Positions 20,501 through 29,089 of a stretch of DNA of 64,000 bases are shown here, piece after piece (position 1 is the first letter of the stretch; every line of letters begins with the position of its first letter). This stretch comes from Promethearchaeota archaeon (GTDB lineage Archaea; Asgardarchaeota; Lokiarchaeia; Sigyniarchaeales; SOKP01). A program made the translations under genes and the position numbers. The notes below the pieces were generated by a model that saw only the letters and a list, made by a program, of their open reading frames with translations, did no database searches and was not told where the DNA came from. The DNA lies in assembly GCA_019058365.1 (NCBI GenBank), contig JAHPZE010000001.1, forward strand, positions 32,001 through 96,000. The letters run 5' to 3'.

Positions 20501-21462
20501 ATCCCGTTTTAAGAGTAAATAATGAGCGTGTAATCTATACCAATAAAACTGGTGAGACTTTATTTAATATTGATGAGAAAAGATTAGTCCCAAAAGTATT
20601 GGAAGAATCTATCAGTCAAGTTCTTATAAATAACGAAATTCAGGAGTTAGAACTTTTGTTAAATAGAAGAACATATACTCTAGCAATTACTCCAGTCGAA
20701 AACATGAATTATGTTAATATTTATGGAATGGATATAACAGAATGTAAAAAAGCAGAGGAGAAATTATCACATTTAATCTCAATGGTTTCGCATGAATTAA
20801 GGACACCAATCGCGGTTTTATTAATGTCAATAGAGTATATTAATCAAAATAAAAATAATCTTACTGAGGAATCAGAAAATGAGCTGATGGATGGTATCTC
20901 AAGAAACATTCGATTATTAGATAAGTTAGTAGAAGACATCTTAGTAATTTCTAGGATTGATGAAAAAAAGTTAAAATTAGATATGAAAGAATTTAGTCCC
21001 TTAGATATTATTAATGATATTCTATATCTCATGGAGCCTATAAGGACGCAAAAGAAAATAGATTTTATTGTTAATGTGGATAAAGACATTCGATTAAATG
21101 GTGATCCGAATAGAATCGATCAAGCTTTTCGAGTAATTATTGATAACGCAATAAAATATTCAAAGGAAAATTCGAAAGTGGAAATTCGGGTAATAAAAAA
21201 TTATCGAGGTAAATATAATTTAGATGATACTCCAGGAGTCCTCTTTCAATTCAAAGATTCTGGGCGTGGTATACCCAAAGAAGATCAACCTAATATCTTT
21301 GAACGTTTCTTCCGCTCAAGTAATGTGAATGATGTATCTGGGACGGGATTAGGGTTAGCCATCGCTAAAGATTTAATTGAGGCTCATAAGGGAAAAATTT
21401 TTATGGAGAGCAAATTAGAGAAAGGGACAACATTTCATCTCTTTTACCCTCAAATTGAATGA
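17515..21462 (+). CDS. CheB methylesterase-CheR methyltransferase-PAS-histidine kinase fusion
   Basis: GIGASAGG, LSGTGTD, GCSTGEEAYS, CRNLLIY, EELxSxNEEL heptads, PAS domains, SHELRTP, NAIKY, GTGLGL. Confidence 0.93.
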   Translation: MFEEKRELNEKDKEESFITKVSDGLEFPIIGIGASAGGLEAFEQFFTNMPSDTGMAFVLVTHLDPTHKSILSDLIKRYTQMTVVQAEDKEYIKPNWAYIIPPNQNITIKEGKLHLTERSEFRGRRLPIDEFFRSLAEEKQEKSIGIVLSGTGTDATLGLREIKGVGGMVMVQDPKTAKYDGMPRSAIDNVIVDFILSPNDMPEYLIKYVKHLPSDIEQLEAPIKIKDTIEEIFTLLHNKVGHDFSAYKLNTLFRRIERRMTVCHITQYKDYIQYLKDYPEEIDNLFRELLIGVTNFFRDKEAFKSFNEQAIPKLFENKNLKDAVRIWILGCSTGEEAYSIAMLLKEKMDLLKKEIKIQIFATDIDIRAIDKARQGIFPDNIVVDVPPNLITKYFSMENGFYQIKKNIRDMIVFAVQNAITDPPFSNVNLICCRNLLIYLTAEIQKKLLLLFHYSLNHNGYLFLGNSESLNGFAKYFNVIDKKWKIFQKKEVNLIDREFPRPFPPLVDYNYKRKPLEKIKIPEKINYRDLIEQLLIEKYAPTSVIINENFNVLYIYGHTYKFLELPSGEINLNILNMARESYKIKLITGLRKLALTKKEIRFDNLKIDENGKNLLFNMILSPIVKPKTMEDLILIQFEEIYPKKDEKEKIITEKTEDISELRIKQLEMELSSTKQYLQTTIEELETSNEELKSTNEELQSSNEELQSTNEELQTSKEELQSINEELVTVNTELDAKIVEVTKTNNDMNNLLSTINVGTLFLDDNLNINRFTPPTSNIFNLIQTDIGRPISDISSNLEYKDIVENAKKVLKTLIPFEIDVKNINNTWYTMRIVPYRTADNKIEGIVISFIDITNRKLMEEKLRLNSNILTHLSEGVALIRVDDGKVVYTNPTFEEMFGYKPGEIIGEYGSIITAPTDKSPDEINEEIMGILLKLGEWHGELMNIRKNGTTFWCYVNISLFNDPEYGKVIVSIHSDITEKKEKDNEIQNLAKFPSEDPNPVLRVNNERVIYTNKTGETLFNIDEKRLVPKVLEESISQVLINNEIQELELLLNRRTYTLAITPVENMNYVNIYGMDITECKKAEEKLSHLISMVSHELRTPIAVLLMSIEYINQNKNNLTEESENELMDGISRNIRLLDKLVEDILVISRIDEKKLKLDMKEFSPLDIINDILYLMEPIRTQKKIDFIVNVDKDIRLNGDPNRIDQAFRVIIDNAIKYSKENSKVEIRVIKNYRGKYNLDDTPGVLFQFKDSGRGIPKEDQPNIFERFFRSSNVNDVSGTGLGLAIAKDLIEAHKGKIFMESKLEKGTTFHLFYPQIE

Positions 21463-21499
21463 TTTAGGAAAAATGATAAACCGTAATAGGATTATTACT

Positions 21500-21718
21500 T
21501 TTTATCACTCCTCAAAATTATACTAAATTACCAAAATCAAAGAATTGGATTAAAGTTAATTAAAGATTTATTAATAAAAGCAGGAGAATATTATAAATTA
21601 GTTTGTTCACAAGTACTAAAAGTTAATGAAAAAGCTATAAAATTATACAAACATCTTGTCTTTTTAATTAAAGAAGAAACTAAGATACATTTTAAAATGA
21701 TTAATAGATATATTTGAG
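21500..21718 (+). pseudogene. C-terminal GNAT acetyltransferase fragment
   Basis: YQNQRIGLKLIKDLL...QVLKVNEKAIKLYKHLVF...ETKIHFKM; no start codon. Confidence 0.55.
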
Positions 21719-23071
21719 ATTAATCCTACCTATTGCTCTAAATGGTATAGCACCATTAAATTTATCATAATTATATAATCTTCTTCCATCTACTAAATTG
21801 GGTGTTTTCATCAATCGCCTAAAATCGTCTGGGGTTAGGGTTTTAAACTCATCCCATTCAGTAATCAATAGTGCACATTCAGAACCTTTTAAAGCGTCTT
21901 CTATAGAGTCAATGTATTTAACCTTATCCCCCATTTCCTCTTCTGCCGTCTTAAGAGCTTTAGGATCATATCCAATTATATCAGTCACTCCCCTTTTTCT
22001 TAATTCATTAACAACTCTGATACTTGCAGCTTCTCGCATGTCGTCTGTACCCGGTTTAAAAGCAAGACCTAGCAAAGTAACTTTTTTACCAGCTAATTTT
22101 CCAACTAATTCTTCTGCAATATCTACTATATGAATAGCTTGATCATCATTTATTTCTAAAACTGCCTTTAATAATCTTGAAGTATATCCTTTAGATTTCG
22201 ACCATACTTTTATTGCATTCACATCTTTATGAAAGCAAGAGCCTCCAAAGCCTGCACCTGCTCGTAAAAATCTCGGATTTATTCTATAATCAAACCCTAC
22301 ACCTTTCATAACTTGCAATACATCTACATTTGGTACTAATTCTGCAAAATTAGCGAATTCATTAGCATAGCTTATTTTTGTAGATAATAAGCAATTATTC
22401 CCATATTTAACTAATTCAGCACTTTCCAAATTCATTCGTAAAATAGGACATGTTTTTAAGTGATCTCCATAAAAATATTCATAAAATTCTTGGAGCATTG
22501 CACCGCTTTTTTCATCGAATTCACCAATAACAATCCTATCAGGATGTAGGGTATCTGAAACAGACGATCCTTCAGCCAAAAACTCGGGTTGCATACATAA
22601 TCCGAAATCTTTTCCCGGTATTTTTCCTGAAACTTCGGTTATTAGCTTTCCTACAAGATTTCTAGTAGTACCGGGAACTACAGTCGATCTCACAACCACT
22701 AGGTGGTAGGAATCTTTTTGTTTAAGAGCCTCACCAATTTCCCGAGCAGTACTCTCGATATAACCTAAATTAATGCTTCTATCTTCTCGCATTGGCGTGC
22801 CTTGAGTAATCATGGATATATCCGTTTCAAGAACAGATTTCACTGGATCAAGGAGACATTGTAATAACTCAGGCTTCGTGGCCTTTATATTGTCCATCAT
22901 TTCTTGTAAATTTGCTTCATAGAAGGGAGCTTTTCCCTCGTTAATCATATTAGCTTTTTTCTCGTTATGCGTAGATGCTAAAACTTTGATATCCTTATTA
23001 GCAAAACAAGCAGCACTGCATAATCCAATGAATCCCGTACCTAAAATGCTCACGGAATATTTATATACCAT
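21701..23071 (-). CDS. ugd: UDP-glucose/GDP-mannose dehydrogenase
   Basis: GTGFIG, STVVPGTT, PEFLAEG, GFGGSCFHKD, GLAFKPGTDDMRE; start MVYKY at 23071. Confidence 0.93.
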   Translation of the reverse strand: MVYKYSVSILGTGFIGLCSAACFANKDIKVLASTHNEKKANMINEGKAPFYEANLQEMMDNIKATKPELLQCLLDPVKSVLETDISMITQGTPMREDRSINLGYIESTAREIGEALKQKDSYHLVVVRSTVVPGTTRNLVGKLITEVSGKIPGKDFGLCMQPEFLAEGSSVSDTLHPDRIVIGEFDEKSGAMLQEFYEYFYGDHLKTCPILRMNLESAELVKYGNNCLLSTKISYANEFANFAELVPNVDVLQVMKGVGFDYRINPRFLRAGAGFGGSCFHKDVNAIKVWSKSKGYTSRLLKAVLEINDDQAIHIVDIAEELVGKLAGKKVTLLGLAFKPGTDDMREAASIRVVNELRKRGVTDIIGYDPKALKTAEEEMGDKVKYIDSIEDALKGSECALLITEWDEFKTLTPDDFRRLMKTPNLVDGRRLYNYDKFNGAIPFRAIGRINLKYIY

Positions 23072-23255
23072 TATTAAATTCACTTTTCGTTAATTCTAAT
23101 GATAATGCAAAATAAAGAATTCCAATTAAAACTTTTTTAAATAATTTCTCAAAATAAATTGATAAAACAGACTACAAAAAAAAGGTTTCAATATTTAATA
23201 AATTACAAAATTCAATATTCTTGATTTATTTTATTATAAAGAATTTTTAAAAAAA

Positions 23256-24896
23256 TTATCCTTCAAATTTTTTCCCATCAGTGTAATTTCTTGGATCTGA
23301 AGCATTATTTGGATCAAATTCGTATTTGATTGCTTTCATCCACGTGTGGTAATTACATGTAATCGGTCCAAATAGATCGCATTGATGTACGCTTCCTTCC
23401 ATATCCCCTATGCCCAAACCAATTCCGAGAGGATTTATCTTATTTGCCTCTATTACCGAATTAAGGTAATGAGTCGCAGCTTTACGAGAAGTTTCGTCTG
23501 TAATATCATACATAAATAACTCTTCTAAATGAGAAAACGTTCCCCCTTCATAAGGATTCCCCCAAACATTATCTGCTCCATCATCAACTAATCCCCCAAA
23601 ATCAATCGCTTTTTGTTTTAATCTCTCTCCGATTTTAGCGCCTTCAACGCACCAATCCCAGCTTCCCAGAGCGCCTAAAGATGTATGAAAACCTCCGCCT
23701 GCTCTAAATACTCCTCTCGTTGTATTGCATTGCCTTACTATTGCCATAAAAGCTAATGCTTTCATCGGCTTAAGCTGTGTAATGGGATTATATTCGCCAT
23801 TTGTTTTTTCGACTATATGATTCAACACTTTTTGCCGGTATTCGAATTCTTTTTCATTATCAGCCACAATAATTATCATCAATTCGTGGCCTCCTCTATG
23901 GGCTAAATCTTGAAAAATCTTTTCCGTATACATTGTAGTATTATTGGGAGCAGCAGCCAAGGCTAGATCGAAACCTTGTATTCTACAGAGACCCCAACAT
24001 ATTTCTGAATAGGCTAATAAGTATCCTGCATCCTTGAAATCTTCCCAATCGTCCCAAATAATGTGAAAAGCCTCGCAATTATCTGGCATCTTATTTTTAA
24101 CTAAACTGTAATTTGGAGAGCGACCTTGAATTTTCAGTACCTTTGGTCCTGGCCAATCGTAAAGTTTTATGGCCGCCTTTGTAAAAATACCCATACCTCC
24201 AAATGCTCCAAAATAACCTCTATATACTCCGCGTATGCTTGGTCCTGGACCGTCAGCAAAAAACCATTCAGAAGCGTCAATTTCTTTATTATGATCCTCA
24301 GCGCCCTCAAACGAACCCCAAGAACCTATCCTGCACACAATGCCTTCGGGCATGACCCATTCTGCTCCGACAATATTTCTATTAGAAAATCCTGTTGAAA
24401 TTCCGGTCCAACCTTGCCCACACATACTTGTGACCGTAACTAATTGGGATCCATTCGCACCACATCCAGCAATGTGACAGTTTAAACCTAATTTAAAAAG
24501 TTCCGTTTGAAGCTGACCGCTAATTACGTAAGGTTCAACCACTGCAATCATATTTTTTGTATCTACATCTAAAATTTTATTCATTCTTCGACAGTCTAAT
24601 ATTATCACCTTGTTCTCCTGTCCGGCACAATTATGAGCTCCCCAACCAGTACTTTGTGCTTTAAATTGCAACCCATTTTCGTTGCAGTATTTTACAATTT
24701 TCACGATTTCGTCTGTAGTAGAAGGTAAAACAACGCATATCGGACGATTCGTAAATTTAGATTTTCCCTCAGTCGCAAGATCTGCAAGATATTGATATGC
24801 ATAGTTGTCTAATAAGTAGTCATCAGAATTAGCAAATTTATTACCTACAATACTTTGCATTGCGATTAAAACTTCATTTCTATCTATTCTACTCAT
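23256..24896 (-). CDS. FAD-binding oxidoreductase (VAO/PCMH, GlcD-like)
   Basis: VVLPSTTDEI, STGWG, ILDCRRMNKI, VVEP, GGMGIFTKA, FDPNN. Confidence 0.85.
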   Translation of the reverse strand: MSRIDRNEVLIAMQSIVGNKFANSDDYLLDNYAYQYLADLATEGKSKFTNRPICVVLPSTTDEIVKIVKYCNENGLQFKAQSTGWGAHNCAGQENKVIILDCRRMNKILDVDTKNMIAVVEPYVISGQLQTELFKLGLNCHIAGCGANGSQLVTVTSMCGQGWTGISTGFSNRNIVGAEWVMPEGIVCRIGSWGSFEGAEDHNKEIDASEWFFADGPGPSIRGVYRGYFGAFGGMGIFTKAAIKLYDWPGPKVLKIQGRSPNYSLVKNKMPDNCEAFHIIWDDWEDFKDAGYLLAYSEICWGLCRIQGFDLALAAAPNNTTMYTEKIFQDLAHRGGHELMIIIVADNEKEFEYRQKVLNHIVEKTNGEYNPITQLKPMKALAFMAIVRQCNTTRGVFRAGGGFHTSLGALGSWDWCVEGAKIGERLKQKAIDFGGLVDDGADNVWGNPYEGGTFSHLEELFMYDITDETSRKAATHYLNSVIEANKINPLGIGLGIGDMEGSVHQCDLFGPITCNYHTWMKAIKYEFDPNNASDPRNYTDGKKFEG

Positions 24897-26236
24897 TTTT
24901 TCATCAACTCCAATACTAATTGATTGATATCTCTATATTGAAGATCTTTCCCCATGTCTGAGATTGCATCTTCAAAATTAGTTTTACAAAATGGACAGGC
25001 ACTAACTATAAATTTCTCAGTATCTCTTTCTTTTGAAGCTTTTTTTAGAACAAATTCCGCCTCTTCAAGACGATTTTTTGCCGTAAGTATTGCCATTTCT
25101 GGATATGCCGCTTTCACACCGCCTCCTGAGCCGCAACAGTAAGTATACTCATTAATTCGAAACATTTCAACGAACTCTATTGCTTTTTTCATTCTTTTAA
25201 ATATCTCTCTTGGAACATCATAAACACCTTTAGCTCCTCGTCTATAAATTTTCGGCGGATCATATATAGTAATTTGATTGTACACTTTCTTTTTAGTTCC
25301 CTTCCATTCAGAAACATATGGTTCGGCACCTCTTCCTAAATGACATGGATCATGATAGGTTATTATCGGTTTTTTCTCCGTTTCATCAAATAGGATCTTC
25401 TTTTTCCGAATAGCTTCTTCAATTATTTCAACCATATGACGGAATTTGATTTTTTTCCACAACTTAATGTGGTCTTCATCTAATTGATGGGGATATTCTG
25501 CTACAAACATGGCATAACATCCAGGACACGCAGTTATTACTTCTTCGACTCCTAATCTATTGAACAACTCGATATTAGATTGCATGTATTTTTTAGAAGT
25601 TTCTACTTGACCAGATCTATAAATTGGAGAACCGCAGCAAATTTCGTCTTTAGAGACCTGGAACTCATAATCAATAGCATTTAGTATTTCCACACTAGCT
25701 TGGGCCATATCTTGCTGCCGATATGAAGCGGTACATCCCGTAAAAAATAATGTTTTTGAATTTGGATTTGATTTGGCGCCCGTCTTGCCGATCCAATCTT
25801 GTCGATTCTCATGGGGTTCGCCGTAAGGATTATTGTATTTCTCAGCAGCATCTGCGTATTTTCTATGAGAAGGATGAGGACCAATCCTCTCAACTATATA
25901 TCTTCTTACATCGAAAATGGTATCAAGAACTTCTAGGTCCGTAGAGTATTTGCAGGATGTATCACATGCCCCACATAGAGTGCATTGTAATACAGCATCC
26001 CTCATAGCCTCCGTAACTGCTATTCTATCATAATAAAGAGATGCTCCTACTACAATTTTTCCACCGCCAGACCAAGGGTGAAAATAGCCATAATCCATAG
26101 AGCAGCATACCGAGGAAAATTCGGCGGATTTTATTTGAGCCAATGGAGGCCATTTGCATAAACTACAGCGAGCACACCTCCAATATTCATCAGTATGTTT
26201 ATCTAGTAATTTTTTACTTTCTTCCATTTTTATCAC
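24893..26236 (-). CDS. Fe-S/CCG-domain oxidoreductase (GlpC/HdrD-like)
   Basis: CARCSLC, CTLCGACDTSC, EICCG, TACPGC, YHDPCHLGR, CCGSGGG, SACPFC. Confidence 0.9.
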   Translation of the reverse strand: MIKMEESKKLLDKHTDEYWRCARCSLCKWPPLAQIKSAEFSSVCCSMDYGYFHPWSGGGKIVVGASLYYDRIAVTEAMRDAVLQCTLCGACDTSCKYSTDLEVLDTIFDVRRYIVERIGPHPSHRKYADAAEKYNNPYGEPHENRQDWIGKTGAKSNPNSKTLFFTGCTASYRQQDMAQASVEILNAIDYEFQVSKDEICCGSPIYRSGQVETSKKYMQSNIELFNRLGVEEVITACPGCYAMFVAEYPHQLDEDHIKLWKKIKFRHMVEIIEEAIRKKKILFDETEKKPIITYHDPCHLGRGAEPYVSEWKGTKKKVYNQITIYDPPKIYRRGAKGVYDVPREIFKRMKKAIEFVEMFRINEYTYCCGSGGGVKAAYPEMAILTAKNRLEEAEFVLKKASKERDTEKFIVSACPFCKTNFEDAISDMGKDLQYRDINQLVLELMKK

Positions 26237-26243
26237 CTTTAGA

Positions 26244-27710
26244 TTAAAAAATTAATTGCCCTTTATTGAGAATCATGTCAGGATCAAAAATTCTTTTCAA
26301 TTTTCTCAGCCCCTCTTGAAAAACTTGATTTTTATCTGTAAAAGCTAAGTCATTTATAAGTTCATATGAACGGGAGAAAAATCCCCCATGTAAATCCGCA
26401 AATTGACCTATTTCCTTAGCTATTGCTCTAACTTTTTCAAGTGAATATTCAATTTTATTAGAATCAGGTCTATCTGATATAATTGAAAATTCTAAATTTA
26501 CAGCTCTTGCTTGAATCAAGGGTTGCATATAGATATTCACCCGGTCCATTGGAAAACTACGCTTGTTAAGAATGTTTTCGACTGCATTAAGATGAGTTTG
26601 CACTCGATCTAGGGTTGTATTATAAAATATATCTATTGCTATGGATGTTTCGGAAAACTTAGGATGTGGATCAATTGTATTGCCATCAAGAAGAGGTTCG
26701 ATCTCATTTTGGGTTATCCCTGAGATATTATCACTTGCTTCAAAGCCAAGTTCACTAAGAATTTCGTTGCAACATTCCATCTGGTAAGAGATTTTATCAT
26801 CAGGGAATAATTCATAGCCGTTTATAGCAAATATCAAAATGTATTTCTTAATATTTCCATTTATAGATGGAAAAATAGCTTTCATTAAGTTATCATTAAT
26901 GATAAAAATTTCATCAATCCATCGTTTTCTTACTGCGGAGTATATAAATTCGGTGAGTGGTTTAATTGAATCTGAATTGATAAATCTGATTTTTCTTTTA
27001 GCAGGGATAAAATCACATTGCATAGAAATCCACGATACAATACCATAAGTACCTTTAGAAGCTTGTATTATTCTAAAAATATCTGTTTGACCAGGGCCTA
27101 GGGGACTAGTTAGAGCAGCCCCAAATTTTCTATTTGTTTCGATATCCAATGGACCTGCCGCTTCTCCCGTTCTGAATATTTCTCCATTACCAAATACAAC
27201 CTCCATACATAACAATGGATCTGAAATATCCCATTGCTTTTTAGCAATTAAATGAGGTTCTCGATCTAAAACGGAAGCGAGAACTGATTTTCCTGGTCTC
27301 GGGAGAAAAGGTGCTAATGGCCTAAGACCATGCTCTTTAAGTTTGGGAATTAGTTCCGCCCATGTTACCCCTGGCTCTATAACACAAACTCTATTTCTTT
27401 TATTAATAAAAGGAACTTGTTTCATATCATGTAAATCTAAAATTATAGTTTTATCATGACAGACTGTGTCGTTTAGGAATTTAGGGGAAGTCGTGCTGCT
27501 TATAATCACTACATTAATATTAATTAAAGTTCTGAAATATTGAATTAGTTTTGATATCTGGTCAGAATTCTCTGGTAAAATACTTATAATTGGAGTATCA
27601 CTTGTTTTTTCTAATATTGGTTTACAATAAAGTTCTCTAAGTAAATCTGAATCAGTAATTACTTTTTCTTTATTGATAATTTCATATAGTTTTTCAAAAT
27701 TAATTGACAT
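26244..27710 (-). CDS. FAD-binding oxidoreductase (VAO/PCMH family), second subunit
   Basis: VIEPGVTW, EVVFGNGEIFRTG, GTYGIV, LKRIFDPDMILNKG. Confidence 0.85.
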   Translation of the reverse strand: MSINFEKLYEIINKEKVITDSDLLRELYCKPILEKTSDTPIISILPENSDQISKLIQYFRTLININVVIISSTTSPKFLNDTVCHDKTIILDLHDMKQVPFINKRNRVCVIEPGVTWAELIPKLKEHGLRPLAPFLPRPGKSVLASVLDREPHLIAKKQWDISDPLLCMEVVFGNGEIFRTGEAAGPLDIETNRKFGAALTSPLGPGQTDIFRIIQASKGTYGIVSWISMQCDFIPAKRKIRFINSDSIKPLTEFIYSAVRKRWIDEIFIINDNLMKAIFPSINGNIKKYILIFAINGYELFPDDKISYQMECCNEILSELGFEASDNISGITQNEIEPLLDGNTIDPHPKFSETSIAIDIFYNTTLDRVQTHLNAVENILNKRSFPMDRVNIYMQPLIQARAVNLEFSIISDRPDSNKIEYSLEKVRAIAKEIGQFADLHGGFFSRSYELINDLAFTDKNQVFQEGLRKLKRIFDPDMILNKGQLIF

Positions 27711-27818
27711 TTTAACTCATTCTCTTAATTTTCCAATAAGTATTAATTTAATTTATATGATTCATTTATATATGCATCGTCGCATATAAATATGCATTAA
27801 AGTATATTTATCATAATT

Positions 27819-28706
27819 TTGTATTTAAAGATATTGGTTACAAAATTGAGCTCTAACGATTATAATGAAAGAATTATGGATTGCCTTAACCAAAATAATT
27901 TTGGAATGACAATAACACAAATTTCAGAAGAGATAAATGGTAATAGAAATACAGTTTCTAAATACCTCAATAGACTAGAATCAAAAGATATTGTGTATAA
28001 AAAGGAGATAGGAAAAGCTTGTTTATATTTCATTAAAGACATTGAGTCAAAAGTATTAAATTTTATAAATGAAAACCCATCAGGGGTTACGATAAAAGAC
28101 ATCTCATATGAATTAAAGCTAACAAGAGACTCGGTGAAAAAACATCTTATAACTCTTGAAAAACAAGATAAAATCTTTAGCACAAAATTAGGAGCATATA
28201 CACTGTTTAAAAGTTCAGAAGCGAAATTTGTGCCAAAAAAATTTATGGTTTCATTCTATAAGGCTCTCCTTAAAGATTTAAAGATAAAATTTCCGAATAA
28301 AGAAAGAATATTTAAAGAAATTGGACGTAATATGTTTGGTGATATAAAATTTCCAATAAGTAAACTAATAATAAAAAAATTGGAGGATTTTAAGACATCT
28401 CCTCTCAAACAATTACATTTTGAAGTATTCAAAGATGTATTTCCCTCTTATTATATTTTTGAACCAATCCAAATTTCAGATCCAAAAATTGACAGCTCAG
28501 GTAAGAAAGGTATTTTTAGATTGAAAAATTCAGAATTTTTAAATAATTCTGATTCTCTCTATCACTTTTATTTAATATCAGGAATGATTGAAACAAAGAT
28601 GTCAAATGATCTAGGGGTACCAATTAAATGCAATATCGAAAAAATTCACATATCAGACAAAATAGAAGATTCTTATTCAGATATTTCAATAGAGTTTAAA
28701 AATTAA
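27819..28706 (+). CDS. Transcriptional regulator with two winged-HTH domains and a C-terminal ligand-binding-like domain
   Basis: GMTITQIS...RNTVSKYL and GVTIKDIS...RDSVKKHL; divergent from FAD-oxidase operon; start uncertain. Confidence 0.8.
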   Translation: MYLKILVTKLSSNDYNERIMDCLNQNNFGMTITQISEEINGNRNTVSKYLNRLESKDIVYKKEIGKACLYFIKDIESKVLNFINENPSGVTIKDISYELKLTRDSVKKHLITLEKQDKIFSTKLGAYTLFKSSEAKFVPKKFMVSFYKALLKDLKIKFPNKERIFKEIGRNMFGDIKFPISKLIIKKLEDFKTSPLKQLHFEVFKDVFPSYYIFEPIQISDPKIDSSGKKGIFRLKNSEFLNNSDSLYHFYLISGMIETKMSNDLGVPIKCNIEKIHISDKIEDSYSDISIEFKN

Positions 28707-28744
28707 TTTCTTATTTAGATTTTGACGAGTTATAATCTAAAAAT

Positions 28745-28927
28745 AATCTTATTCATAATTTCTTATAAGTTTTCTTCATAAAAAGGAGCTATTCCCTCAT
28801 TAATTATGGCTGCTTTTTTCGTATTGTGCGTCGATGCTAAGACTTTTATATCTTTTTGGGCAAAAAAAGCTGCAGAACAGAGGCCAATAAAGCCCGTCCC
28901 GAGGATTGATACACTATATTTATACAT
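28745..28927 (-). pseudogene. Orphan diverged copy of ugd 5' end
   Basis: MYKYSVSILGTGFIGLCSAAFFAQKDIKVLASTHNTKKAAIINEGIAPFYEENL*EIMNKI vs ugd MVYKYSVSILGTGFIGLCSAACFANKDIKVLASTHNEKK. Confidence 0.93.
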
Positions 28928-29089
28928 TTTTATTCTTTTTCTTAGTTTTTAATAATAACAGAAATATTAGATTTAAGTTTAAACCTTTCGATTCTCTTAA
29001 TTCCGTATATTTTGAAAAAATTCAAAGAAAAATTTATTACTATAAGAAAATAGATAAATCTATAAAATTTTAAAAGAGAATTTTAAAAA

